NCBI RefSeq assembly: GCF_016432865.1
Contig: NC_067398.1
Location: 182,280,001 to 182,344,000, forward strand
Origin: Antechinus flavipes
Lineage: Eukaryota
Length of the DNA: 64,000 bases
Direction: 5' to 3'
In this document: piece after piece, positions 1 to 12,560 of the stretch
Numbering within the stretch: position 1 is the first letter of the stretch
Layout: every line of letters starts with the position of its first letter
The notes under the pieces: model-generated
What the model was told of the DNA's origin: nothing
What the model saw: only the letters and a program-made list of their open reading frames with translations
Database searches by the model: none
Translations under genes and position numbers: made by a program

Positions 1-639
1 TGCAAGTCATAAATTCTGCTTTCACAGCTCTTATTTCTCTTTTAAACCATTCAGTAACATCCTGTTGTGGTTTTATGTTCTCTTGAGAACCCACAAGGTA
101 CTCTGCCTCATCAGGTATTGATTCATTTTCATATTTTAAAATATATTCACATATATTTTATAATATTTATATAGATGTAATATTTTGTACTATTAAACTT
201 ATTTTTAAATATTTATTCATATGGCTAGATTTGTTCAGCTGTTCTATCGACCATACTCCCTTCTATTATTGATATTTTGCCTCTTAGTCTGTTTTGTACC
301 CCCTTTCATATTTCCTCATTATTCTTTTTTCCTAATCCTTTTCCATCAATTGCAGTTTCTCTAGGACTTCAATTTTGTCTCATCCTCTTCTCATACAGGG
401 CCATCCAAATTTCACTGGACTCAGTATTCATCTCAAATGACTAATAGGGTGATAGGACCAGTTCCAGTTGGATGCCATATTTCCTGAGGCTGAGTGGAAC
501 ACTGTAGATATTACCACCCTGACCCATTATTTCTGTCCCAGTTCTTCACCTGAGTACTGTTGAAGCACTGCCACACTCTATACCAGCCAAAATAACTCTT
601 TATATTTTGATTTTCCTAGATCAGGAAAAGAAAAAGAAT

Positions 640-975
640 GGTGTATGGAAACTGAGTTCTGTACCACACTCATAGATGGGTTGATTTATGCAGCCATACT
701 CAGAATGTGGTAGATGGTGGAAAAAAAGAAACTAAATTAGTCCTAGCCTTTGGGGATTAGCCCACTCTGCTGTTAGTTCAATCAGGTTTTTATGTTATTA
801 GGTTTTTTTTGGTTATCTTAGATTGTGAATGACTGAAGTTTTTTAATCTCTTACAAATGATTCCTGTTCTGAAGAGGTTTGAGAGGTCATGAGGATAAGA
901 GAAAATGTTTAGTCCTCAGTCTTTCTTGTCATGTCAGCCAGAACAAAACTTGAGCAGAGTCTTAAAGGAAGTGTA
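640..975 (-). mobile_element. Degraded RTE-like LINE fragment
   Basis: Resembles antisense marsupial RTE sequence (ttcctgttctgaagaggtttgag...); by eye only. Confidence 0.35.
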
Positions 976-1225
976 GTTATTGTTCAGTTATTTGGATCAC
1001 TTCTGACTCTTTGTAACCACTTTTGGAGTTTTCTTGACAAGGATATTAAAGTGGCTTGCCAATTCCTTCTTCACCTCATTTTTATAGATGAGAAAACTAA
1101 GGCAAACAGGGTTAAGTGATATGCCCAAGGTCAGACAGCTAATGAGTATCTGAGGCCAAATTTGAACTAGGAAGATGAGTCCTGACTCTAGGTCCAGTAC
1201 TCTATCCACTGTGTCACCTAGATAC
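975..1225 (-). mobile_element. Mar1-type CORE-SINE
   Basis: Reverse complement of MIR core plus Mar1 tail: gttttcttgacaaggatattaaagtggcttgcc...gaggccaaatttgaactaggaag...ctctatccactgtgtcacctag. Confidence 0.85.
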
Positions 1226-1964
1226 CCTGATAAAGTGAATCTAAAAGACATAGATAAGGAGGGAAGACATTACAGGCCTGAGGGATACCCAGTGAAAGGT
1301 CACAGAGATGAGAGTGCTATATGAAAAAAAAAATTAAAAGAAATAGGTCAATGGGTCTGGATCATAGAGCTCATGGACAGGAGTAAAGTATAAAAAGATT
1401 GGAAATACAGAAGTAAGATTGTGACGAAATTTAAACTCCAAGGAGAGGATATTGTGTTTTATACTAAAAGTAATAGGAAGCCAGTGGACTGTACTGAATA
1501 GGAGAGGACAGGAAAATAGTCTGACCTATACTTTAGGAAAATCACTTTGGCATCTGAATATAGGGTGGATTGGAGTAAAGAGAGATATGAGACAGGAACA
1601 CCAGTTATACATCTACATAATAATCCATGTGAGAATTAATAAGGCTCTAAAGTAGGTTGGTGCCTCTATTAGTAGAGAAAAGGGGACATAAACAAGAGAC
1701 ATGAAGATAGAAACAATAAGATATACCAAAATATGAATGTGGGAGGATGGAAGATAACACCAGGGTTGTGAGCCTGCTTTACTGGGAAGATTTTATTTTA
1801 CCAAAGAGGAAAAAAAATAGTTTAGAGAGGGAAGATTTCAGGGAATAGATAATGGGGTGTCGTTTGATATGCTGTATTTCAGGTACCTATAAGACCTTCA
1901 GTTCAAGATACATAAAGGACAGTTGGAAGTATAGAAATGGAACTTAGGAAAGAGGCTATGGATA

Positions 1965-2135
1965 CAGATAAATACATAGATAAACAGATACATAGATATA
2001 TAGATGGATGGACAGACAGATAGATACATAAATAAAGAGATTGATAGATAAATAGAAACATAGATACATAGATATTTAGATGGATGGATAGACAAATAGA
2101 TAGATGGATTATGGATAGACAGATTAAATAGATAT
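1965..2135. repeat. (GATA/GACA/GATG)n microsatellite
   Basis: Directly visible tandem tetranucleotides. Confidence 0.9.
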
Positions 2136-2311
2136 GAGAACTAATAACATCAAAGTTATTATTGAATGTATGTGGAAGTGATGAAATTACTAATTGAAAT
2201 TACATAGAGGGAAATGAGGAGGGCTCAGGAAAAACACCCATAAATGGCACACATGGCATAGATGAAGATCCAGCAAAGGACTTGGTTTGACTTTTAAGAG
2301 TAGTTAGGAAT

Positions 2312-2527
2312 GGGCAGCTAGATGTACACTGTGAGTTGAGTGCTGGTCCCATAGTCAGGAAGATCAGAATTCAAATGCGATTTCAGAAGCCTAGTAACTT
2401 TACCTTAGTTACTCATCTGTAAAATGAGCTAGAGAAGAAAATAGCAAATGACTAATATCTTTGCCAAGAAAATCCCAAATTGTGATACAAAGTGTTGGAC
2501 ATGATTAAAATGAGTGAAGAACAACAA
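2312..2527 (+). mobile_element. Mar1-type CORE-SINE
   Basis: gggcagctag start; catctgtaaaatgagctagagaag; atctttgccaagaaaatccc; aacaacaa tail. Confidence 0.85.
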
Positions 2528-4333
2528 GGAATTCTACACTTCAGAGATGAGGAAAAAGGATGTCCTTTGGGGAGCTGTTTGGGCAAAACACACAGATGAG
2601 ACAAAACATACCACTTATACCACTTATAAGCCACCTTTCATAAAACAGAGAGGATGTGAGATAATAAAACAGGAGAGGGAGGTGGCAGAATTTTAAGTGA
2701 AGTTCCTTTTTATAAAATTATATATATATATGTATGTATATATATATGTATATATGTATGTATGAGATTCTGACTAGTGATTTATCAATAAAAGACCTTA
2801 TGTATATAGCCAAGAATATACAACACAATGTAAAGAACAAAGTTGACAAGCATACTCTAAATTAGCTACTTTTAGTTGTGAGTTTAAATGATTTTCTATA
2901 ACCTCTTTGCTTCCCTTTTGTGATTGGAAGATAAAATCTAAACATAAGTATGCATATAGTTAGTAAAATAGAAAGCACACACACAAAATAAAATCCACTG
3001 ATAAAACACAACAAGCATCCATTAAGTACCTACTAAGGGCAGATCACAGTTGATACTTTTCCCTAATTATGTAGATGGCCATATAATGACTGAATAAGAT
3101 GTGATCTGACCATGCAATCACCTATAGTCATTCAGACCCCTTGCTGTAGTCACAACAATGTGGGCCACTTCATCTATGCTGACATCCACATTCTATCTTT
3201 TACCCTAGATATAGCCAGTGTGCAAAAACACAATTTTATTCTCTAAAATTGCTTTATTTTTTATTCTATTCTGTTGTAATAAACAATTCTATATTGCAAA
3301 CCATGGGTAATACTTTGCTCTGTCTTTTCCCTAGCTGACTTTTTCCTACTGTATTGTGGCTCCCAATTGTACTGATACTCATTCCATAAGCAAGTTACAT
3401 CACAATAAATAGTAAGTCTGCATGTGAAATGAGAAAATGGGATATGCAATAAAGAATCACAGTTTGGATCAAAAACATCTACAGTGAAAATTAGAGAGTT
3501 GGGTTTTGTCTCCTTTTGTGGGGGCTGGCTTTTGTCAGAAAAGTTGGCTTTCATATCTGTGAATTGTTTTACATGGTAAGATTTTACTAATAAATAAAAG
3601 CACAGGGGAGAGAAATCCTTGTTGGAAAAATTGGATGACTCCTCTAATCACTTGTAAAAGAACAAGGCAACAAAAGTTGCAAAATGTTTAAGCTGGGAAA
3701 AGGAGGAAATTCTTAGTAAAAAAGGGTAGAGGGAAGGTGGGGGGAGAGAAAAAAAAATTTATCATACTTTTATTCTTGGCATTATCTGTTATTAATTTAA
3801 TTATCATGATCATATATATTCAACTCAAATATATACATTTCAAAACCAATATAGATGACAAGCCTTTCTTGGATTTTTGTCTATTAAGGCCATCAAACAA
3901 TAATACTTTTAGTTCTTTAATTAAATAATTTTGTTTGGAAGAATAATTTATTTTTATTGAAAACATTGTCAGAGATTTAAAAACCATTTAGTCTTTTCAT
4001 CTATAGGTAAGCAACCAATGACACTTTTTTGGTAACAGAAAGTACTATATATACATTACATTTGCCAGTGATATTAGAAATGAACATCTCTAGAGGAGAT
4101 ATTGTATACCTATTAATGGAATATTACACCCTATTTGATTTTAATGTATATCAAGATACCATCTCGGGAAGCTTTCATTCTTTGGGTATATAAATACAGT
4201 CTTTCTATCCCACTTCCCCTGCTAAAGCTTTTCCATGACTCTTTTAGTCTTAAACTGGAAGAGAATCCTGACAACTCTATTTAAAAACACTCAACTGTCC
4301 CTTTCTTTGCAAATAGATCATAATTATACTTAC

Positions 4334-4351
4334 CAATGAAAGATTATGTTC
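4334..4351 (-). CDS. Candidate 18-nt micro-exon (EHNLSL or NIIFH frame)
   Basis: tttctatatacttag|GAACATAATCTTTCATTG|gtaagta on minus strand; splice motifs only. Confidence 0.25.
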
Positions 4352-4499
4352 CTAAGTATATAGAAACTAGTACACTATATATATATATATATATATATAG
4401 TTATATTTTATACGTAGCCTGTTTTCTAGAGTGTAATATCATGTCATATAAAAAACTAAAGTATTTTATTTCTTTGCAATAGTATTTCATTCATATTAC

Positions 4500-4987
4500 T
4501 GTCTCAGGTTTTATGTGTCAAGAAATACAGTGAGCTTCCTGACATGCTAAATGAAGGAATCACAGAGAAGCTCAAAAAACTCTGAAAGAAAAACTGTTAC
4601 CCTAGATAATAAGACTAATATTAACAGTTCCAAACCAAACCCCTTTTTCCCTTCCTGCCTCCAGAGGAAGTGTGAACATCAACCAGCTTTTAATTCTCTC
4701 TTCAATCTTCCTGCTTCCCACTAGGATGAAACAGCAGCAGGTCCTCCAAACTTCTAGTTCATTCCTTATCCCAATGCCTTGTCCCACAATACAAAGATAA
4801 AAACTCTATAAAAGCCAACAGATCAGGGAGAGATTTCCTTTAGGTTCCCAGCAGGGTGCTTCCAATGGACCTGACTTGTTTACATCAGGCTCCATTTTCT
4901 TTTCATTTTGTGTCTCTACTCAATAAAGTTGCCTTGCATTACTGTCTTGCTGTGAATTCTGTCTTTATATGAAACTTTGGTATTACA
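4500..4987 (+). mobile_element. Probable solo LTR (ERV)
   Basis: TATAAAA at 4807-4813, AATAAA at 4922-4927, ends ...tattaCA at 4987; no clear TSD and 5' end uncertain. Confidence 0.5.
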
Positions 4988-5321
4988 GATTTTTTTCTAA
5001 GTCTGTTAATATGATCTAAGTATAGTAAAGTTTTATGAACAGTCCATTTTCAGTAAGATTACCTTTTTACCAAACAAATTCAGATTTATTCATTAGAAAA
5101 AAAAATGTATTTTGCACATTCAGAATTAAAAACAAAGATTATTGCCCATTTCATCTCAGAAAGTTCTTTAACTCTTTGTATAAAAAAGAACCCTCTAGTT
5201 AACTCTTCATTTCACTGCTATGCATAAGCTTCTTGGAAAGCAATGCTGGGTAATTAAAATATTCGGTATGGATACTCTAGAATGTTGGGTTTGTTTTTTG
5301 TTGTTTTTTTTTTTATAATAA

Positions 5322-5495
5322 AACAATGTGGTTATGGCATCAGAGAACATAAGTTCAAAATTCACCTCTGCTGCTTACTAGTTATGTGACCATGAGCAAT
5401 TACCTGAATGTTTCTGATCGTCAGTCTCTTCACTGACAAAAGAAATTAGTTTTGACTAGATTCGATTTTTTCATAACTTTTGGGCCCTGATTTCA
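5322..5495 (+). mobile_element. MIR SINE
   Basis: aagttcaaaattcacctctgctgcttactagttatgtgaccatgagcaa. Confidence 0.7.
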
Positions 5496-5835
5496 TCAGT
5501 GAATCCAACAGAATACATTGCATGTCTTTCATGACTTGGTAGTAGAGATATGGTAATCTTGCTGGAGAAAACCCCTCTCCAAACTTAGCTAGTTTTGTCC
5601 TCCAATGATTAAAAACAAAGTTCAATGTTAGGGATAAAAACCTATCCAGCTAAATAGAACATGAAGAGCTTGATTTTCATTGACATATACTTCAAGATCC
5701 AAGAGTCACTTCCACACTAAGATAAAAATATAGAATGGAACTTTAGAATAATATATTACTTAGATTATATACTTATATCATATATATATTATTTTGTAAA
5801 CATGTTATCTAGTTCTATTCCAGGATTAATTGTAG

Positions 5836-6078
5836 GATACCTAGGTGACTTAGTTTATAGAATATAAGGAGTCAGGAAGTCTCATCTTCCTGAGTTCAAA
5901 TCTAGCCTCAGATACTTACCAGCTGTATGATCTTGAAAAACTCACTTAGTGCTGATTGACTCAGTTTCCTCCTCTATAAAATGAGCCAGAGAAAGAAATG
6001 ACAAACCCCTCCAGTATCTTTGCCAAGAAAACCCAAAATAAGGTAAAAAAAAATTGAACAAGATTGAACAGCAACAAT
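5836..6078 (+). mobile_element. Mar1-type CORE-SINE
   Basis: cctgagttcaaatctagcctcagatacttacc...ccagtatctttgccaagaaaaccc. Confidence 0.85.
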
Positions 6079-6219
6079 ACCGTTTAGTTCTAGAATTTAG
6101 TACCTAAAACAAATGTTCAAAACCTCCTCCAAAAAGGGAGACGAGAAGGAATAAGTTCTATTATTCCTAGGTTTTCCAGTAGTTAAGGCATAGCAACAAT
6201 TTGAAGAAAATTTTAACTT

Positions 6220-6460
6220 AGAATATGGTGATGCTTATCTGAAATCTCTGCTACCCAGGAGACTGAATCACATGAGTTCCCAAGTTTTTAGTTGCAATGG
6301 ACTAGGCTAAAGCAACCCTAATGAGTCTGGTTCTAGGAGTAGAAGGCTACCTAATATGGGGCAACTCAATCCATGTCAGAAATAGAGAAAGACAAAGCTT
6401 CTATTTAAATCAGTAGTAGAATCATTGTAATATAAACAGATATCAAGATAGAAAGCACTT
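6220..6460 (+). pseudogene. RN7SL: Degraded 7SL (SRP) RNA retrocopy
   Basis: Colinear similarity to 7SL: tggtgatgc...gctacccaggagactga...atcacatgagttcc...ggctacctaa...ccatgtcagaaatagag...atcagtagtagaatc. Confidence 0.65.
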
Positions 6461-6492
6461 TTTTTAGATCCAAAAATCAAAGTTTTCCAGTT

Positions 6493-6643
6493 TTACTCAT
6501 TTGTCTATATTTTCATTTACATTTGATTTTCCAAACCAAATATCTAAATTTTTTGAAACTGTTAAGAAATGAAAAGCCATAAGTATTTTAACTTACCCAA
6601 CTCTATTTCTTTTGGTCTGAGAAAAAATAAAACAGGAGAGTAG
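6493..6643. repeat. Arm 1 of 151-bp inverted duplication (partner 8491-8641)
   Basis: Reverse complement aligns ungapped to 8491-8641 with 7 mismatches, all transitions. Confidence 0.95.
6597..6616 (-). CDS. Candidate 20-nt micro-exon (PKEIEL or TKRNRVG frame)
   Basis: ctctcctgttttattttttctcag|ACCAAAAGAAATAGAGTTGG|gtaagt; very strong acceptor and donor. Confidence 0.35.
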
Positions 6644-7023
6644 TCTTTCCTGTTTCCTTAAACTAGTAAGAAAGTTCTGTTCAAGGGTCTAGTGTTAATT
6701 CAAATGGCTAATTTATAAACCATTCATTTCTGGATTAAATATCAGAGGTTCTATAAACCCATCTAACTCATTGAAAGCACCAGCAATTTGTTTAGATGCT
6801 TTTCTGGTTTTTCAATTAAAATTGATCTTTGGTAGCAATCTAACCTTTGCTAAGTATTAGAGGTAAAGGAAAATATCTTAATCTTTATGAGCATCTTCCA
6901 ATTTCTTTTCCTCATTCTCACCTAAAAGCAGATAAGTGCTTATCTAACTTAACTATTACTTAGAAATAGCCAAAGTTCAGGTTGTTCATTGGAAAGTATT
7001 TGAGAAAACTGTGACTAAATTAC

Positions 7024-7041
7024 CTGATTATATGCTAATGA
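7024..7041 (-). CDS. Candidate 18-nt (or 11-nt, 7024-7034) micro-exon
   Basis: gtttatttttgttag|TCATTAG|CATATAATCAG|gtaatt. Confidence 0.2.
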
Positions 7042-8334
7042 CTAACAAAAATAAACTTCCATAAACACCTATGTGTAACTGAGTCTGAACAGATCCCTTC
7101 TTTGAATCCCTCAGGTTTGATAGATATTTAATCTCTTATCACTTCTTTGATGCTGACTAATTTTTAAGTGTATGACAAAATACATATAATCATTTCAAAG
7201 TCAAGAGGACAACAAAATATTTCCTAATCTGATTTTCTTCATTACTTTTATTGAAAAGGAAGAGTTGACAATATCAAGAAAGCAATCTCTAAGACTTTAA
7301 GTTTATCCTTTTTGATTTTTTGATTCTGTGGATAAGAAAAATGTGATTTAATATTCATTAAACCAGAAATTTAAGCAAGTGTTCTGAATCTTTCTACCCT
7401 AGCACTAAAATTACATGTACTGAAATTCAAGGATTTTGCTTAAATAAAAGTAATGCAACTAAGTTAAGAAAGGAAGTAGATTTGTGTTAAATATCTGATA
7501 AGAGTCTGATATCCAAGAAATTTAAGTATCAATAGAAATCTGACTAATAGCCATTTATCCATAGATAAGTGGTCAACTAAAAATGAATAAACAAAAATCT
7601 CTAAATCACCAATAAAAAGAGAAAAGTAAATCAAAATAAGGAATTTCAACTCCTAGAAAATTTGTAAAGATAACCAAAAATGGCCAGTGTTGGAGAGGTT
7701 GTGGAAAGATATAGATAGATGTGAAGATGTCCAATCTATGAACTTATCCAACTATTCTAAAAAGCAATTTGGAAAACTAGAAAGGTCTTTCTTAGTCATA
7801 TAGAAAATCACTGACACCAAAAAATAAATAAATAAACAAATAAATAAAAAAGAAAGTCAATGACACAAAGAAAGGAGTGTTCATAAACAATAAAAATTTA
7901 TAGCAACACTTTTTGTAATAGCAACGAACTAGAAGCAAAGAAGATGCCCCTGAATTAGGGACTATACTTATTGTGGTACATTAATATATAGAATGTTTTA
8001 TGCTACAAGAAATGATGAATATGATGAATACAAGGAAGCATAGAAAGAGTTGTATTAATTGATGAAAAATGGAGTGAGTAAAAACAAGAAAATATTCACA
8101 ATGACTAAAATATATATATATATATATATATGTATGTGTATATATATATAAATTGAAAGAAAAAAATGGAGCAATAGAAAGAGAATGCTATGAAATTACA
8201 ACAATCAAGTTTAGTCCCAAGGAAGAGATATGTCAAGATACTTCATCTGATTCTCTGTAATGGTAAGGAGTCATAGATATAAGATGTTATATATAACGTC
8301 TGAGGTTTTTTTTCTATATTTTTTTTAGTTTTTT

Positions 8335-8490
8335 ACCTTATTTTGGGTTTTCTTGGCAAAGATACTGGAGGGATTTGTCATTTCTTTCTCTGGTTTATTT
8401 TATAGAGGAGGAAACTGAGTCAATCAGTGCTAAGTGAGTTGTTCAGGGTCACACAGCTGGTAAGTATCTGAGGCTAGATTTGAATTCAGG
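8335..8490 (-). mobile_element. 5'-truncated Mar1 SINE
   Basis: ggttttcttggcaaagatactggag...tcagggtcacacagctggtaagtatctgaggctagatttgaattcagg, then abrupt switch to duplicated sequence. Confidence 0.85.
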
Positions 8491-8641
8491 CTACTCTCCT
8501 GTTTTATTTTTTCTCAGACCAAAGGAAATAGAGTTGAATAAGTTAAAATACTTGTGGCTTTTCATTTCTTAACAGTCTCAAAAAATTTAGATATTTGGTT
8601 TGGAAAATCAAATATAAATGAAAATATAGACAAGTGAGTAA
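8491..8641. repeat. Arm 2 of inverted duplication
   Basis: Inverted copy of 6493-6643; donor-like ttgg|gtaagt reads ttga|ataagt here. Confidence 0.95.
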
Positions 8642-9129
8642 TGGTTCTTGAGAAGTAGGGAAATGAAGATGATGTGAAAACAAAATATGGATACCAAAAA
8701 TCAATTTGTAAAAGAAAAATAAATTTCATGTTCTAAATTTAAAATGATAATATGCAAATATGCCTTCCATATTAATGCCAACCTTTGTATTTTCATATTA
8801 TCTATAAATGTTGCTGATTATGAAGGTACATAAATAGAAATGTAAATTAGATAGACAGATATTTTTAAGTGTATGGCACCAAGAGTTCTACTTACATTAT
8901 TCCTTTAGAAAAGAAAGCTGTTTTTGAAGATCTATGATACATTTGAATTTTTTTGGTTAAAATTATTTTTCAAATATGATGTCATGCAATGTAATTCAGT
9001 AATTAAAAGCTCAATGTTATAAAATAGCATTGTAACTTTTTGAAATTTTTTTTATGGGCTGAATATCAGATATTAAATTGTTGCTTTTGAAAACCTAAAC
9101 ACTAACCAGAAAGATAAATTTTGGCTTGG

Positions 9130-9290
9130 AGACATTTTAAGATCATTTCTTCCCATGTCTTCATTTTACACAAAATGGAACTGATACCTAAAACATTTAA
9201 ATGACTTACCTAATATTGTTCATATAGTGTCAGAGTTGTAATCGGAATTCAGGTCATCTGACACCTAATCTATACTGCACCTCATTAAAT
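9130..9290 (-). mobile_element. MIR SINE
   Basis: cttcattttacacaaaatggaactgatac...ttaaatgacttacc...ggaattcaggtcatctgac. Confidence 0.65.
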
Positions 9291-10736
9291 TTTAATATTG
9301 ATGTGTGTTGATACTATGAAAATGTTTTAAATATTTAGATGTTTTGAGTATTAGAGTTAGATTTATTTGTACAATTTTAAATAATTTTCCTAAAATGTCA
9401 ATTTAATTTTGTGCTAGTTACCTATCATTTTGAACATTAAATGAGGTATGTTTAAATGAAATAATTTCTTGAAGTTTTTAATAAAACATTTTACATTGTA
9501 TTGAAAAAATGTAAACTTTTAAAATTGTTTTTTTAAAGTTTCATTTGGCATCTATTTATGTCTTTCAGACACTAAATATTCAGACATTCAGAGATGACTT
9601 TGCTAATTTAATTTTGTCTATTTTCCATATCTAGTCAATTATCTATTCACTTGAACTTTTTAAGCAGTTCTAAAGAAAGTAGCAAAAAATATACATTTCA
9701 TATTTTAAAAAAACATTTTGTATATTGAGAGTTCAGTCTTCTTTAAAAACAAAAACAGAAACAAAAACAAAAACATTCTTGCTCAATGACTTCATAGTTG
9801 GAGGTCTTGTTTAAAGTGTTAGTCTCAGGACACCCTTGGATTTTTCAAACTCAAGTAGAGACATTTCTAAATTTATAAATATCCATAATAGACTTCAGCA
9901 GAAGTCATATGCAGGAGTTCACACAACGGTGAGATATAGGAAAAGTCATCACAATATTTATCTGAAAATTCTTTAACTAAAAGACTCTCACGGATGATTT
10001 AGATTGAGATTTGGGCAATGGCCCAAAATAATACTTTTTTTTTTCCTTCCAAAATGAGTTCATCTACTCCTAGTGCTGTATCAACCAATAGGTCAAAAAG
10101 TAAATGGCTTAGAGCCATATCCAACCATTAAATTTATAAAGAAATATGGTTGATTTTAGTGAAAGATTCCCATATGGAATGTAGGCATTATAAAAACAAT
10201 ATAAACAAAAGGGTGAGTGAGAAAACATTTTGAATGTTGCTTTTATTATTCTTGGAAAGATTTCTGGAAATTCTATTGATTTGGAGACTCCTACAAATCT
10301 TTATATCCAAGACAACTTTAACCTTTTCCCTTAGAAAGTAAAAAAAGTCAACGTATGGGTAATGACAATGTGTAAATCTTTCTCAATAGTGAAACTGTGG
10401 TTTTGAATAAATTTACTTTAGAACCTACCATGATTTTTGCCTAAATAATATCCAACCAATGGTACAATTTCTAATAGACCAAGTTCATCGGATTTACATT
10501 TTGAGTGATCACAAAAATTCAAAATTGGGCAATTCTAAGCTAATAACAATATTGTCTAAGTAACTTTGAGGTATAAACAGGGTAAAATGCAATAAAAGCC
10601 TATTATTCATGCATGCTTCCTAAAGTAACTAAGATGCTTCCACTTTATTTGAATATTGCTTTTTGTTTCCTCTATTAAATAGTGCTGAAAAACCACAACT
10701 TCAGTCAATCAGTAAACAGGGTCATTACTTCTAAGT

Positions 10737-10979
10737 NNNNNNNNNNNNNNNNNNNNNNNNNNNNNNNNNNNNNNNNNNNNNNNNNNNNNNNNNNNNNNNN
10801 NNNNNNNNNNNNNNNNNNNNNNNNNNNNNNNNNNNNNNNNNNNNNNNNNNNNNNNNNNNNNNNNNNNNNNNNNNNNNNNNNNNNNNNNNNNNNNNNNNNN
10901 NNNNNNNNNNNNNNNNNNNNNNNNNNNNNNNNNNNNNNNNNNNNNNNNNNNNNNNNNNNNNNNNNNNNNNNNNNNNNNN
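10737..10979. other. Assembly gap
   Basis: N run; other gaps at 19478-19707, 29430-29557, 50997-51169, 51341-51784, 52797-53501, 60569-60724, 61904-62175. Confidence 1.
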
Positions 10980-11766
10980 TACACTTTTGTAGCTTAGAAG
11001 TACATATGCATATATATGTACAAGTATATACAGATAATGTGGGCACTATTGATTTAAACTGCCCACAGGGACTGCAGGAAAAATGCCGACTTTAGTTTCA
11101 GTGGTTATGTTGGTATTCATTATCAATATGATAAAATACAAATTGGAGGCTCTGTAATATAGATTTAATGCCCCTGTTGAACTTTTTTCCATTAGTCGCT
11201 AATGGCTATCCCTATTTACCTTTTATAGCTTTGAATGCTCATTCACTTTTCTCTTTCAATAACTATCATTGTCATGGAGAAAATCATTTTGCTACAATTT
11301 AAAAGACCTCATTTTTTCTTAAAAAATTCAGGAACATGTAGTTGTAAAGACAACTTTAACCTATACTTTCCACAATGTGTCAGGACTCGCAAAAATAATA
11401 TTTCTTACTTTTTAGGACTAATACCATTTCTAAAATTGAAACAGTCTTAAGACTGTTAAGCTTCTATGATTATTTTTAATAAAACATTTTGTCAGTATCT
11501 CTCATGAAAAATCATTATACTATTTTATAAAAAATCTTGAAAACTGAAATTCATTTCTACATTGAGTTAAGTTTCTATATATGTATGCTTGTATATGTAT
11601 GGGTGTGTATGTATGCTTATGGAATTGCTTTCTAGTGCACTAGAATATACTCTTTTCTAGAAAGAAAAGATTTTGAAAAATATATCACATTAACTTGTAT
11701 CCTTAATACTTAATATGTGTGGACACAGAATTACAAGTGATATAGGGCATCAGCCCATGTACTTAC

Positions 11767-11784
11767 AGCAGGGATACCTTTCAA
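11767..11784 (-). CDS. Candidate 18-nt micro-exon (LKGIPA or ERYPC); alternative 60-nt form 11767-11826
   Basis: tattttgtatag|TTGAAAGGTATCCCTGCT|gtaagta. Confidence 0.22.
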
Positions 11785-12349
11785 CTATACAAAATACTGA
11801 GATGAGCAGTAGAAGCACAGGGCTAACTGCAAGCACAGAATTTATGGTAGTTACATACATTTAAGGCTTCCAAATTTTGGGAATTTACTATTTTTCAGAG
11901 TGGCCTATCCAAACTTGTAGCCAGTTTTAATTTTTAGTACATATTTCCTCACGTTGAATTATGCTTCTTTGTACTTCCATTCCATGATCCCTTGTTTGCT
12001 GCCTAGATCCAGGGATTGATGCTAGTAGATAGGGCAAATGTCTTGTAATGATTATGAAATAAAATCTAGTTTGCAATTGAAAACTCTTTAAGTATTTTCC
12101 CAGCCATCAGATTTAGAAATTTTTACTTCTGTCACATGTTCTAGTTGTACAAACACACGAAGAAGATTCTTTTTAATTCAAGGACAAATTCCAGAAACCA
12201 TTATTTACTTGATAATTGATTGCTTGTTTAGCTAGAATTTAGACTTTTGACATAAAAATGGCAGAAAGATTTACTACTTTTCCTGCCTAATATTGGAAGA
12301 TGAAATGTTATTTCCTCATTGGTCCTAATAAAACTTGTTGAATGGTCAT

Positions 12350-12560
12350 GGCGTTGTTCAATTGTGTCCAAATCTTCATGACCCCACATGGGGTTTTTTG
12401 GTAAAAATACTGGAGTATTTTGCCATTTCCTTCTCCAGAAAATTAAGGGAAGCATAAGTTAAATTACTTGTCCAGAGTTATACAGCTAGTGAGCATCTGA
12501 GATAAGATTTGAACTCATGTTTTCCTACCTCAGGCTCAGCATTCTAGCCATGTAGCTGAC
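12350..12560 (-). mobile_element. Mar1-type SINE
   Basis: catgaccccacatgggg...aaatactggagtattttgccatttccttctcc...gatttgaactcatg. Confidence 0.8.

Larger units (their letters stand above)
1240..2700 (-). mobile_element. L2 LINE remnants, interrupted by (GATA)n and Mar1
   Basis: Purine-rich antisense L2 text (gtaataggaagccagtgg, ctttaggaaaatcactttggc). Confidence 0.65.
7590..8740 (+). mobile_element. Old L1 3' end, interrupted by Mar1 and the inverted copy
   Basis: ORF2 C-terminal/3'UTR text (ggccagtgttggagaggttgtgg; atagcaacactttttgtaatagc; aagatgcccctgaattaggg); resumes after 8641. Confidence 0.7.

Noticed and set aside
4334-6616. Joined peptide TKRNRVGNIIFH resembling the PTP motif KNRYGNII
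   Set aside because: Lacks the invariant Tyr, and no other phosphatase-domain exons are visible; no gene name assigned
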